In this document: in pieces, positions 19,563 through 29,009 of the stretch
Layout of the letters: each line of letters begins with the position of its first letter
How positions within the stretch are numbered: position 1 is the stretch's first letter
Origin: a bacterium
GTDB lineage: Bacteria; Zhuqueibacterota; Zhuqueibacteria; Residuimicrobiales; Krinioviventaceae
Length of the DNA stretch: 64,000 nucleotides
Direction of reading: 5' to 3'
NCBI GenBank assembly: GCA_963675755.2
Contig: CAXXMD010000002.1
Span: 96,001 to 160,000, forward strand
Made by a program: the position numbers and the translations under genes
Notes under the pieces: generated by a model
The model's input: only the letters and a program-made list of their open reading frames with translations
The model's database searches: none
Told to the model about the DNA's origin: nothing

Positions 19563-21140
19563 TCATGCCCACCATTTTCGTGTTCGCTTTGGAATATTAT
19601 TTAGTACATCTACTGCTGTATTTACATCATCTACAATCTGGTAATCAAACATACCCACACAAATAAAATCTGCACCGTTTTCAAACGCAAACCGGAAACC
19701 ATCATCAGGTTGAATAGCACCGCCGGCAAGCACTTTGAAACCGATTACCGGTATGTTTTTGCTGTTAATAAATTCTACCGTTTGGTCAGGAAACAGGCAA
19801 AACATATTATCATGGAATTCATCATGGTTGATGGAACGTTTGCCATCTACAGAAAAGGGAATGCGTTTTTCCATGGGGTGCGCGGACCAATATTGATCGT
19901 GATGCAGGGTTTTCATGTAAAAATCAGGAACGAGTCCGGCTTCATCACAGGCAATCAACGCCTGTACCGAGTGAGCACCCAGTCCGGCAGGATATCCTTG
20001 TTTGCGGATATAGTCGATACATTTTGCCAACACATCAATATTGCCTTCTTTGACTCGCCAGTCACAACAGTTGCCCTGAATCTGGATCAGGTCAACACCG
20101 TTGTCTATGACCTTGTCCACATGACTGTAAATGTCATCAGCCGTGGGATGGATCTGGCTGATGGTTTTAATCTTGCCGCCCATTACGGTTTTGTATTTAT
20201 TTATCAGCGGAAACTGAGTATGGGTGATGTTCATGGTATTGATACCTGCCATTTCAGCAAGTTCCAGTGTTTCAAAAACTTTTTTCTCAGTATTGTATGC
20301 TTTGAACAGGGACGAGACATAAATTAAATCCCGGGAATGGGACCATCCCCCAATCAGATTACCACCCATAATGAGTCTGCTGATCTCATGATCACCAATT
20401 TTACCCATAGGGAGCTCACCTTTCAGGTCCTTGAGTTTGCTGTCACTAACCTTGATAGTTGCACCGGTAATGGCGTTGACTTTTTCCCAGTTGTATTTTT
20501 TTATAACACCATAAACAAATCCACCCAGAATGGGGAGAGTGACCAAATTTTTCATCACCTCGCGACGATCCATGTTCAGATATGCGGGCTTTGCAGGTTG
20601 TTTGTGTTTAGGTGTCATTTTGGTTTGCAGGTTATTCAGGTTGTCTTTGAGACTAAAATATAGTATAAACCTGTCCAGTCCGAAAAAAAGTCCTGACGGA
20701 AAAACCGCGACAATTGCCAAAGCTGCCATTTCAACCAGATTCTTGTTTACCAGCAGATAATGCCCCTCTTGAGGAATCCCGAATGTTGTTCCAACAAATG
20801 GTGGATTGGCCAAATAAAAAAGTGCCAGAAAGCCTATACCTGCAATTGCCCAAACACGGGTAAAAAGCCCCAAAAGCAATCCTAATCCCACAAGTGTTAA
20901 TCCCCACATGTTGACAAAATCCACAAACTGTAATACAAAAGCGTTGGATGCCATCCAGTGAAATAATCCTGAAAAGATCCATCGGGAGCTTTGCAGGTAT
21001 GCGGCTGCGGACCAGTCAGGTATCAGTATTTTGGATATGCCTTCATACAGAAAATGCCAGCCAATAACCATACGTAAAACAGCAAGTAATGTGGATTGAA
21101 GTGTTGAAAAATTGTTCCCCTTTTCGTCAATAGCATTCAT
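19563..21140 (-). CDS. DoxX/DoxD membrane domain fused to an aldo/keto-reductase-like domain
   Basis: DoxX motifs LRMVIGWHFLYEG and LLVNKNLVE. AKR-like MGKIGDHEISRLIMGGN and IGFKVLAGG. ATG 21140 follows an AGAGGG RBS. Confidence 0.75.
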   Translation of the reverse strand: MNAIDEKGNNFSTLQSTLLAVLRMVIGWHFLYEGISKILIPDWSAAAYLQSSRWIFSGLFHWMASNAFVLQFVDFVNMWGLTLVGLGLLLGLFTRVWAIAGIGFLALFYLANPPFVGTTFGIPQEGHYLLVNKNLVEMAALAIVAVFPSGLFFGLDRFILYFSLKDNLNNLQTKMTPKHKQPAKPAYLNMDRREVMKNLVTLPILGGFVYGVIKKYNWEKVNAITGATIKVSDSKLKDLKGELPMGKIGDHEISRLIMGGNLIGGWSHSRDLIYVSSLFKAYNTEKKVFETLELAEMAGINTMNITHTQFPLINKYKTVMGGKIKTISQIHPTADDIYSHVDKVIDNGVDLIQIQGNCCDWRVKEGNIDVLAKCIDYIRKQGYPAGLGAHSVQALIACDEAGLVPDFYMKTLHHDQYWSAHPMEKRIPFSVDGKRSINHDEFHDNMFCLFPDQTVEFINSKNIPVIGFKVLAGGAIQPDDGFRFAFENGADFICVGMFDYQIVDDVNTAVDVLNNIPKRTRKWWA

Positions 21141-21307
21141 TATCCCTCTTTTCCCTTGAACTTCCGAACCTCTTTTCGGAATATACAAAATAATGTAATT
21201 GAGGGCAATTAAAAGTCTTGAAATTTATTGAATTGATAGGTACACCTTTGTATTATTTTATGAAAATGAATTGTTAAATAGGATATATAATGGTATTTAT
21301 TTTTTTT

Positions 21308-21335
21308 TGTCACACTTGTTCTTTATAGATGTCTA
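21308..21335 (+). promoter_or_regulatory. Putative ECF-type autoregulatory promoter TGTCACA-N15-TGTC
   Basis: Directly upstream of the ECF gene RBS; resembles the TGTCACA/CGTC consensus described for ECF41-type sigma factors. Confidence 0.45.
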
Positions 21336-21353
21336 ATGATTAGGAGGTTGGAT

Positions 21354-22243
21354 ATGAAAAATCCATTATTAGATAAAACGGATCAAGATAAAAAAGATAA
21401 TATTTTGATTCAATCAGCCCTTGAGGGTGATAAAGCATCTTTGGAAATATTAATAAAACGTCATCAAGACTGGATTTATAATATTGCATTACGAATGGTT
21501 TGGGATCCCGAAGATGCTAAAGATGTGACACAGGAAGTGTTGATCAAGATAATAACACATTTATCCGGATTTAAAGGGAAAAGTAGTTTTAGAACCTGGG
21601 CTTATCGGATTGTTACCAATCATGTTTGAATATGAAAAAAAGAGGTATGGAAAAACATGAATTGAGCTTTAGCAGCTATGGCAAGAGCATTGATGAAACA
21701 CCTGATCTTGACTTGCCGGATGAAGCTACATTGCCTGTAGATCTTCAAGTCATTCTGGATGAAACTTATATTCATTGTATGATGGCCATGTTATTATGTC
21801 TAAACAGAGACCAACGTTTAGTATTTATTCTTGGTGAAGTTTTTGGAGTGAGTGATACAATTGGTAGTGAAATTACACAATTCAGCAAGGATAATTTCAG
21901 GCAGAAATTATCCCGGGCTCGTAAAAGAGTTTATCAATTCATGCAGCAAAAATGTGGTTTGATTGATTCTAATAATCCCTGTAAATGTCATAATAAAGTA
22001 TCCGCTATGATTAATAATCGTGAACTCGATCCTGAAAAGTTGCGATTCAATACAAACTATTATAAAAAGATCCGTTCTGTTTGTGCTGTTAAATCTGAAA
22101 AGCTGGATAATTTACTCGAAGAAAAAAGTCGTCAACTTTTTCGTGAGCATCCCTTTCAAGAGTCCCCGGATTTTGTTGAATCGTTGCAAGATATATTGTC
22201 CAGTAAAGAGTTTGATGATATTTTTTCTTTCAATAAGAATTAA
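21354..22243 (+). pseudogene. ECF sigma-70 factor with Cys-containing C-terminal extension, split by a 1-nt frameshift near 21625
   Basis: Region 2 (DAKDVTQEVLIK, SSFRTWAYRI) lies in one ORF; region 4 (FRQKLSRARK) and CGL...PCKC lie in the next. CAT GTT TGA would read CAT GTT TTG AAT ATG with one extra T. A sequencing error is possible. Confidence 0.75.
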
Positions 22244-22262
22244 CCTTTAGAGGAGTTTTATT

Positions 22263-24305
22263 ATGTTTAAAAAAATATGGGTTATTTTATTAATATATTC
22301 ATCTATTTTATTTTCATCGATTGTCCATGTACCCGATCAGGTTACTTTGATTCAAGAAGGAATAAATATTGCTCAAGAAGGAGATACGGTTCTGGTGGCC
22401 CGTGGGAGATATTTTGAAAATATTAATTTTAGGGGTAAGGATATTGTTGTTGCAAGCAATTACATTATTTCTCTTGATCCTGTGGATATAGATTCTACAA
22501 TAATTGATGGAAGCCAGCCGGTTCATGCGGATACGGCCAGTTGTGTGTTGATTGTATCACGTGAAACGCGTGATGCAGTTTTAGAAGGATTCACATTAAC
22601 AGGGGGGACTGGTACCAAATGGACAGACGAACATGGATTCGGAATTTATTATGAAGGGGGTGGCATTTTAATAACACGTTCATCACCTACTATCCGAAAC
22701 AATATAATAAAAAATAATGAAGCGATTCGCAAAGATGCTGAAACAACCAGCGCGGGTGGGGGAGGAATTCGTTGTGGTGATGGAGCACCGTTGATTTACG
22801 GAAATTTAATTCGGGATAATAAAGGTATGTACGGCGCAGGAATTGTTATGAATTTTGCCAGTGGTGAGATCGAGCATAATGTTATTTTGAATAATATAGT
22901 TTATAATGCAGTAGAGAATACATCGACATTTGGCGGTGGTGGAATATGGATTTATGGAGATGGGGCCAGAACATATGTACGTAATAATACAATTGTTGGA
23001 AATCAGGCAATTGATGATCCAAGTGGAGTCAGTGGACGTGGAGGTGGTATTTTAGTATATGCTACACCTGCCACAATACAAAACAATATAATTTGTGACA
23101 ATGTACAGAAAAAAGATGGACAAATTTATGTAACAGCTACTGAAGCCAGAATTGAGTTCAATAATATTATGGATTTTGGAAATGACACTCTGACACATAA
23201 TATAGATGTGGATCCATTGTTCTGTGATTCTGGAAATGATGTATTTACATTGGCCGAAAACTCGCCATGTATTGGTGTTGGTATGGATGGTGATACTCTG
23301 GGAGCATTGGATGTCTCATGTGGCGTTAAAATGGTTACCAAAGATGTTAAAGCATGGATAAATTATGGTGAAATTTTGGATACAATGCATTTTACAGCTA
23401 CCCTTTCGAATCCTGATAATCATAATGTACGTTGTTTTGCTATAATTAATGATATAAATGCAGCCATGATAGACTCTGTTGAATTGTTCCGGGTAGATAT
23501 GGGAGTTGGAAATATATTTGGTATATGGCAAGGTATTGCTGAAAACTGGGACAATGAATCTACATATATCGTGAAATCAAGATGTTACGATTTGGATGAT
23601 AATCAGATATACAATAGTTACGATTCAACCTATGTTACTACAACGGGTCCGGTTGTGTACCAATCTTATGCTTTGCCATTTGCTCAACACCCGCCTGTAC
23701 CCGGGGAGGATATCTATTTTCAACTAACATTGAAAAATACCGGCACTTTGTCCGATGTTAAAGATATTTTTGTAGAGGCCGTGCCAGGCGATAATAGTTA
23801 CGTGAAAACCTTTTGGAGTCAGCCGATGCATTATGGAGATATTGCTCCAGGTGATTCAGTTACCAGTGAGAGTACATATTGGATTGAAGTAAGTCCCGAT
23901 TGCCCTGGAAATGTTGATATCCCGGTTTATATTAATATTGCGAGCAATGGTGTATTCTATTGGCAAGACAGTTTAACAATATATGTAGATTTTCCTACCT
24001 TTGTGGATGAATCCAACAATAAACCCAATACTTATAAATTGTACAAAAATTATCCAAATCCTTTTAATCCGACAACATGCATTGCATTTGACATCCCAAA
24101 TAAAGAATTTGCAACCCTTGAAATCTATAATATAAGAGGCAGTAAAGTTAAAACATTAATCCGAGGCATTCTGGATAAAGGCCATTATAATCAGATATGG
24201 AATGGGAAAAATGATGCAGGTATTTCAGTCAGTGGTGGTGTTTATATATATAAATTGACTTTGGATGGTTTTGAGGAAACTGCAAAAATGATGTTATTAA
24301 AATAA
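22263..24305 (+). CDS. Secreted right-handed beta-helix protein with C-terminal FlgD-Ig/T9SS-like sorting domain
   Basis: Signal peptide; TLIQEGINIA..GDTVLV..GRY.ENI, repeated GGGI motifs, DPLF...LAENSPCI and NYPNPFNPTT...KMMLLK. Confidence 0.8.
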   Translation: MFKKIWVILLIYSSILFSSIVHVPDQVTLIQEGINIAQEGDTVLVARGRYFENINFRGKDIVVASNYIISLDPVDIDSTIIDGSQPVHADTASCVLIVSRETRDAVLEGFTLTGGTGTKWTDEHGFGIYYEGGGILITRSSPTIRNNIIKNNEAIRKDAETTSAGGGGIRCGDGAPLIYGNLIRDNKGMYGAGIVMNFASGEIEHNVILNNIVYNAVENTSTFGGGGIWIYGDGARTYVRNNTIVGNQAIDDPSGVSGRGGGILVYATPATIQNNIICDNVQKKDGQIYVTATEARIEFNNIMDFGNDTLTHNIDVDPLFCDSGNDVFTLAENSPCIGVGMDGDTLGALDVSCGVKMVTKDVKAWINYGEILDTMHFTATLSNPDNHNVRCFAIINDINAAMIDSVELFRVDMGVGNIFGIWQGIAENWDNESTYIVKSRCYDLDDNQIYNSYDSTYVTTTGPVVYQSYALPFAQHPPVPGEDIYFQLTLKNTGTLSDVKDIFVEAVPGDNSYVKTFWSQPMHYGDIAPGDSVTSESTYWIEVSPDCPGNVDIPVYINIASNGVFYWQDSLTIYVDFPTFVDESNNKPNTYKLYKNYPNPFNPTTCIAFDIPNKEFATLEIYNIRGSKVKTLIRGILDKGHYNQIWNGKNDAGISVSGGVYIYKLTLDGFEETAKMMLLK

Positions 24306-24381
24306 TAGGTTGATTTCATTGATCTTCATGTGTAACTTTTATCCCAATGTTAATGACTACTGAATTTACCCGAGGTGATTG

Positions 24382-25677
24382 ATGAAATTTGCACAATTAA
24401 TTCTAGTCTTCTTGTTGTTTATGGTATTATTTAGCTGCACTCAAAAGGATAAAGAAATCCAGTATGAATTCATTTTCCCGAGTGTAAAAGAATTACCGGT
24501 TCAAAATATACTACCTGATCCATTTATTATGTATGACGGATCGCGTGTGACCACTCTTAAAGATTGGGAAAACCAACGCAAGTATTTAAAGGCAATGCTG
24601 ATACATTATCAATACGGCGAAATGCCTCCCAAACCTGAATTTACTGTAGTAAAAGTCGACTCGAATTGTATTATGGACGGGCAATGTATTGAACAATTGA
24701 TGAAAATGATCATTAAACGGAATGGGAAGACTGCCGAGGTACGATTTGGTATACATCGGCCAAACAAGCCGGGCAGATATCCGGTCATTGTCAAGAATGA
24801 CCGGTTCCGTTTTAATCTCGATGATATTCGGGATGAAACAATACGGCAGCAATATAGTGATAGCTATAAATATCCGGTGGAACAGATTGTTGCAAAAGAG
24901 GCTTTAAAACGTGATTATGTGATTTGTAAATTTATAAGAGATGATGTTGCTGATGATATTATTGAAACCCGAAATACTGGAGTATTTCCGCTTTATCCTG
25001 AATATGATTTTGCCACTATTGCAGCCTGGGCGTGGTTTTATCAACCTCTTATAGATTATTTGATTAATCAGGATTATATTGACAGTAACCGAATTGTAGC
25101 AACAGGACATTCCCGTGGTGGTAAAACTGCACTTGCTGCCGGGATATTTGATGAACGCATTGCTGTTACGGTACCCAATTCATCAGGAACAGGAGGGACT
25201 GGCAGTTGGAAATATTTTGATTCTGAACGTAAACCTCAGAATATAAAATCTCATATTGGGAAGCATGATTACTGGTGGGTAAACAGGATTTTTGATTTTG
25301 CAGAAAATGATAGTAAGCTGCCTTTTGATTCTCATTTTCATAGAGCACTCATTGCTCCAAGAGCGCTTTTAAATCCCCATGCCAGACAGGATTACTGGGC
25401 AAATCCATACGGTACATATTTGACCTATCTGGCCGCTCATAAAGTATTTGACTGGATGGGAGTTCCTGAAAATAATGCAATACACTGGCGGCAAGGCGGC
25501 CATGGTCAGCTTGAAGAGGATTGGTTGGCATTGTTTGATTATTGTGATTTGATTTTTTTCAATAAACCCACAAATCAGGTTTTTAATGCGCCACATGATC
25601 CAGAATTTAAAGATAATCCGAAATATGAGAACTGGCCCTCATTGTGGCCGTGGGAAGCACCCCCGGTTCAAAAGTAA
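24382..25677 (+). CDS. CE15 glucuronoyl-esterase-like alpha/beta hydrolase (lipoprotein)
   Basis: Lipobox LFSC; LPDPF, IAAWAW, catalytic GHSRGGK, DERI, SGTGG, LIAPR and GGH. Confidence 0.85.
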   Translation: MKFAQLILVFLLFMVLFSCTQKDKEIQYEFIFPSVKELPVQNILPDPFIMYDGSRVTTLKDWENQRKYLKAMLIHYQYGEMPPKPEFTVVKVDSNCIMDGQCIEQLMKMIIKRNGKTAEVRFGIHRPNKPGRYPVIVKNDRFRFNLDDIRDETIRQQYSDSYKYPVEQIVAKEALKRDYVICKFIRDDVADDIIETRNTGVFPLYPEYDFATIAAWAWFYQPLIDYLINQDYIDSNRIVATGHSRGGKTALAAGIFDERIAVTVPNSSGTGGTGSWKYFDSERKPQNIKSHIGKHDYWWVNRIFDFAENDSKLPFDSHFHRALIAPRALLNPHARQDYWANPYGTYLTYLAAHKVFDWMGVPENNAIHWRQGGHGQLEEDWLALFDYCDLIFFNKPTNQVFNAPHDPEFKDNPKYENWPSLWPWEAPPVQK

Positions 25678-25735
25678 TTGAGAAATTGAGAGTTGAACAT
25701 ATTTTTTTACATTCTCGAGTTATCGAAAAATAATT

Positions 25736-27037
25736 CTATTGTTTGTATCGATTGATCATTATTGCCCGTTTACCGGATTGAAGGCGGGGAATCTGGTCTA
25801 CAAAATCCAGAATGATATTGGCATTTTGACCAAAAAGTTTCTTGTATTGCGAAATGAGTAAATCTTGTAGATTGAATTCCGGTTTTACCTGTAATTTTAT
25901 CCGGTAGGTATCGCTGGTTTCCTGTATGATCTGATATTGTATAACCCCTTCGGTCAACTCGCGGGACTTGTCAATAGCTCCGTATATTGCACCATAGTTA
26001 ACATATGAACCGTCAGTGTTGAACAATTTTTCGGTAATTCTACCATGGAATGTTTTAAGAGAAAGGATGTTGGAACCGGAATTGAACGGCACATCCCATT
26101 CCGCACTGTCTCCAATTTCATACCGGATCAGCGGCATGGCATGCGAAAACAGGTCCGTTATTACAATTCTTCCCGGCACTCCGGGGTCAACGGGTACATC
26201 CTTGTTCATATCCAGAATTTCAATATGATGAGATGTAAAATTGATTGTATAGTTGCCCTGCCGGGGATTTTCATGAGCAACGACTCCCAGCTCTTCAGTT
26301 GCATATCGGTTCAATACGGTACATCCAAATACATTTTTAAATGCATTTCGGGCTCTTTCTGTTAGCGTCTCACCGCTGCTGATGATTCCTTTTAAATGAA
26401 AATCCTTTGGTGTATCACCCTGGCGTTGACACCATTCCGCAATTTCAAGAAGCGGAGTAGGATATGATATTATGAACTGAATTTTTTTGGCTTTAAGCTT
26501 TTGCCGCTGTGTTTCTTTCCATTCATCATTAACATGGGTAGGATCCATGGGTACAAGATTTTTACTGACTTGCTGCCATTTTGTGAATTGTTTAGGACGG
26601 ATTTGCGTATAGCGCATTCCGATTTTGTAACCGGCCCAGCGATTAAAATAGATCAGTTCTGCCATTCGTCTGGCAAATTTATCGGGTGTTACATAATAGT
26701 GAAAAGGGATGCCATAAGAACCACTTGTGGTTCTGCCCAGCAAATTACTCCTGTCATATTTTACAGAAAACAGTTCCTCATAATGATCTTTGAGATCATT
26801 CTTGGTAATAACCGGAAAATCAGCAAGGTTATTGATTTTTTTATACTGTCTGTAATATGGGGAGGTGGTAGTAGCAAATTTTAGAATGTCATTTAAACGA
26901 ATTTCATGAATTGTTGAATGGTGTGCGGGATTTTGATATGCTTGTTCAATATCATTCAAGTGGTTTTTAATCAATCCACCATTCAGAGAGTCTTTGATCC
27001 AAAATGCCTGGTTGCGAAATGATTGTCCCCAATACAT
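25736..27037 (-). CDS. Phenylacetate-CoA ligase/CapK-like adenylate-forming protein
   Basis: FPVITK, TTSGSYG, SGETL, RYATEE, MPLIRYEIGD, GR and SGK motifs. Confidence 0.82.
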   Translation of the reverse strand: MYWGQSFRNQAFWIKDSLNGGLIKNHLNDIEQAYQNPAHHSTIHEIRLNDILKFATTTSPYYRQYKKINNLADFPVITKNDLKDHYEELFSVKYDRSNLLGRTTSGSYGIPFHYYVTPDKFARRMAELIYFNRWAGYKIGMRYTQIRPKQFTKWQQVSKNLVPMDPTHVNDEWKETQRQKLKAKKIQFIISYPTPLLEIAEWCQRQGDTPKDFHLKGIISSGETLTERARNAFKNVFGCTVLNRYATEELGVVAHENPRQGNYTINFTSHHIEILDMNKDVPVDPGVPGRIVITDLFSHAMPLIRYEIGDSAEWDVPFNSGSNILSLKTFHGRITEKLFNTDGSYVNYGAIYGAIDKSRELTEGVIQYQIIQETSDTYRIKLQVKPEFNLQDLLISQYKKLFGQNANIILDFVDQIPRLQSGKRAIMINRYKQ

Positions 27038-27072
27038 GTTTACCTCATTAATTACTGTATCTTTTTTGTCGT

Positions 27073-27117
27073 AAATAAAAAATCTCCCCCCGATATCATA
27101 AATTTCCGGGGGGAGAT
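27073..27117 (-). terminator. Rho-independent terminator of the OM barrel gene
   Basis: ATCTCCCCCCG/CGGGGGGAGAT stem followed by a U-tract on the minus strand. Confidence 0.7.
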
Positions 27118-27122
27118 ATATA

Positions 27123-27650
27123 TTAGAATCTAAACCCCATACTTAGAGACGTGCCCCAACCGAGATAATCGAGTCCATCACTGAAAAATCTTGCACCAAA
27201 GCTATAAAATAAACGATTTGTTACAAGAAAATCAGTACCTACACCGGTTAAATAATTTAAATTATTTTTAGTATTGGCTCTGTTATGATCCAGTAATTGA
27301 CTCATACTCAGACCATAACTAATATAAGGTGAAAACTTCCATACCTGTACAGGATAAAAAAGCGCTGATAATGATGTTTGAAGATTTAATTCTTCTTTTG
27401 CATTTTGATATGCATTGCCCTGTAAACTTTCATTTGCCAGTTGCAAAGCAACATCCTGATTGATATGATATCGAAGCTGGAAACCAATTGATAATGGATC
27501 TTTAAGAGATGTCAATTGATTCTGAGAATCATTTTGATCACCATAATACCCGGTTTGTATTGCAAAGTTGAATTTTCCGGATTGTGAAAAAGCTGTGCCT
27601 GAGACAATCAACAAAGCACAAATCAAAGATAATAGTATCATATTTTTCAT
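27123..27650 (-). CDS. Small outer-membrane beta-barrel protein (OmpA/OmpW-like 8-strand)
   Basis: Signal peptide, amphipathic strands, FSPYISYG and C-terminal MGFRF. Confidence 0.7.
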   Translation of the reverse strand: MKNMILLSLICALLIVSGTAFSQSGKFNFAIQTGYYGDQNDSQNQLTSLKDPLSIGFQLRYHINQDVALQLANESLQGNAYQNAKEELNLQTSLSALFYPVQVWKFSPYISYGLSMSQLLDHNRANTKNNLNYLTGVGTDFLVTNRLFYSFGARFFSDGLDYLGWGTSLSMGFRF

Positions 27651-27936
27651 AATATATCTCCTCTATGTTAAGTTGTTCCGGGTTTACAAATTGTTTGTAA
27701 CCGGAGTAGAAATGATTATTGGTTGAATTTGGTTTTTTTAATTCACAATATAACCGCCCAACCCAACACTAAATATTTTTTTACCGATTCTATTATCGGT
27801 TCCATAGAAGAAATGTTCAATTTGGTGCAGGAGAAATATAACAGTAAGCAATGCTATACCATTCCCGAAATTGAATGAGATTCATTAAAAGTGATTAAAA
27901 AGCAGGATATTTTAATTAAATCAGGTTAAAAATATT

Positions 27937-28995
27937 TTAGCAAATCCGGGGGAGTTGTTCACCGCTGAATAGCTGTAGAATACGTCTGCTGCCATAAGCG
28001 TTTAAAAGAACGACCTGTGATGTTTTTGTGTTCAGTGTTTTTCCTATGGGGACCGTATTAGAACTGACAGGTATAGTTTTAAGTATTGACAGAGCTTTTT
28101 CTTGTTGTTCCTTAGGAAGAATGATAATAAATCGTCCTTCATTGGCAACATATTTAGGATCAAAACCAAGCAATTCACAAGCACCCCTGACCGGATCACA
28201 AACCGGGATAGATTCCTCATTGATTTCTATTGAATAATTTGAAGTTTCTGCCAGTTCAATGAGTGCCGCTGCCAGGCCCCCGCGTGTCAGGTCGCGCATA
28301 CAGTGAATGTCAAGGTTAGCGTTGATCAATGCCTTGACTGCTTGATGCAGGGGAGCACAATCGCTTTCCAGGTCTGTCTCAAATTCCAGGCCTTCTCTTT
28401 TAGCCATGACCGAAATTCCATGTCTGCCAATATCGCCGCTTAGCAGAATCGCATCTCCGGGTTTGATAGATGCGGGAGAAATTGTCAAACCATCCGGTAC
28501 AAAACCAATGCCGGTTGTGTTAATATAGATGCCATCACATTTCCCATGCTCTACAACTTTGGTATCGCCGGTTACTATAGAAACACCGCATTTTTCCGAG
28601 GCAAGTTTAATTGATGAAATGATCTGCCACAAGGTTTCTATTGCAAAACCTTCTTCAAGAATAAGCCCCAGACTGATATATTTGGGTATAGCGCCGCTCA
28701 TGCTCAAATCATTAACCGTTCCGTAGACTGCCAGTTCGCCAATATCTCCACCCGGAAAGAATAGGGGATGTATGACAAATGAGTCTGTGGTAAATGCAAT
28801 ACTACCGGATTCCACATTAATTACTGCGCTGTCATGGTCGCGTTCCAGTAAATCGTTTGAAAAAGCGGACCGAAACATGTCATTAATCAGCTGACGTGTG
28901 AGTCTGCCGCCGCCGCCGTGCGCCATTACAATATGTGGATATTTTTCAATGGGAATTGGGCATGAACCCGGATTTATTGTAGAATCGCCTGACAT
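27937..28995 (-). CDS. hypE: Hydrogenase maturation carbamoyl dehydratase HypE
   Basis: HGGGG, FTTDSF, GTVNDL, TGDTKV, RDLTRGG and C-terminal PRIC. Start placed at 28995 after GAGGG. Confidence 0.96.
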   Translation of the reverse strand: MSGDSTINPGSCPIPIEKYPHIVMAHGGGGRLTRQLINDMFRSAFSNDLLERDHDSAVINVESGSIAFTTDSFVIHPLFFPGGDIGELAVYGTVNDLSMSGAIPKYISLGLILEEGFAIETLWQIISSIKLASEKCGVSIVTGDTKVVEHGKCDGIYINTTGIGFVPDGLTISPASIKPGDAILLSGDIGRHGISVMAKREGLEFETDLESDCAPLHQAVKALINANLDIHCMRDLTRGGLAAALIELAETSNYSIEINEESIPVCDPVRGACELLGFDPKYVANEGRFIIILPKEQQEKALSILKTIPVSSNTVPIGKTLNTKTSQVVLLNAYGSRRILQLFSGEQLPRIC

Positions 28996-29009
28996 GTTTC
29001 CCTCAAGAG

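Noticed and set aside
19710-20327. 205-aa plus-strand ORF and the many other 60-200-aa ORFs antisense to or nested in long genes (e.g. 37866-38471, 18392-18874, 59784-60266, 62653-62919)
   Set aside because: They are shadow frames of well-supported genes or of the tRNA, with no recognisable motifs.
21627-21629. Selenocysteine or stop-codon read-through at the TGA in the ECF gene
   Set aside because: A second TGA follows two codons later in the same frame, and the sigma homology continues in a different frame, so it is a frameshift.
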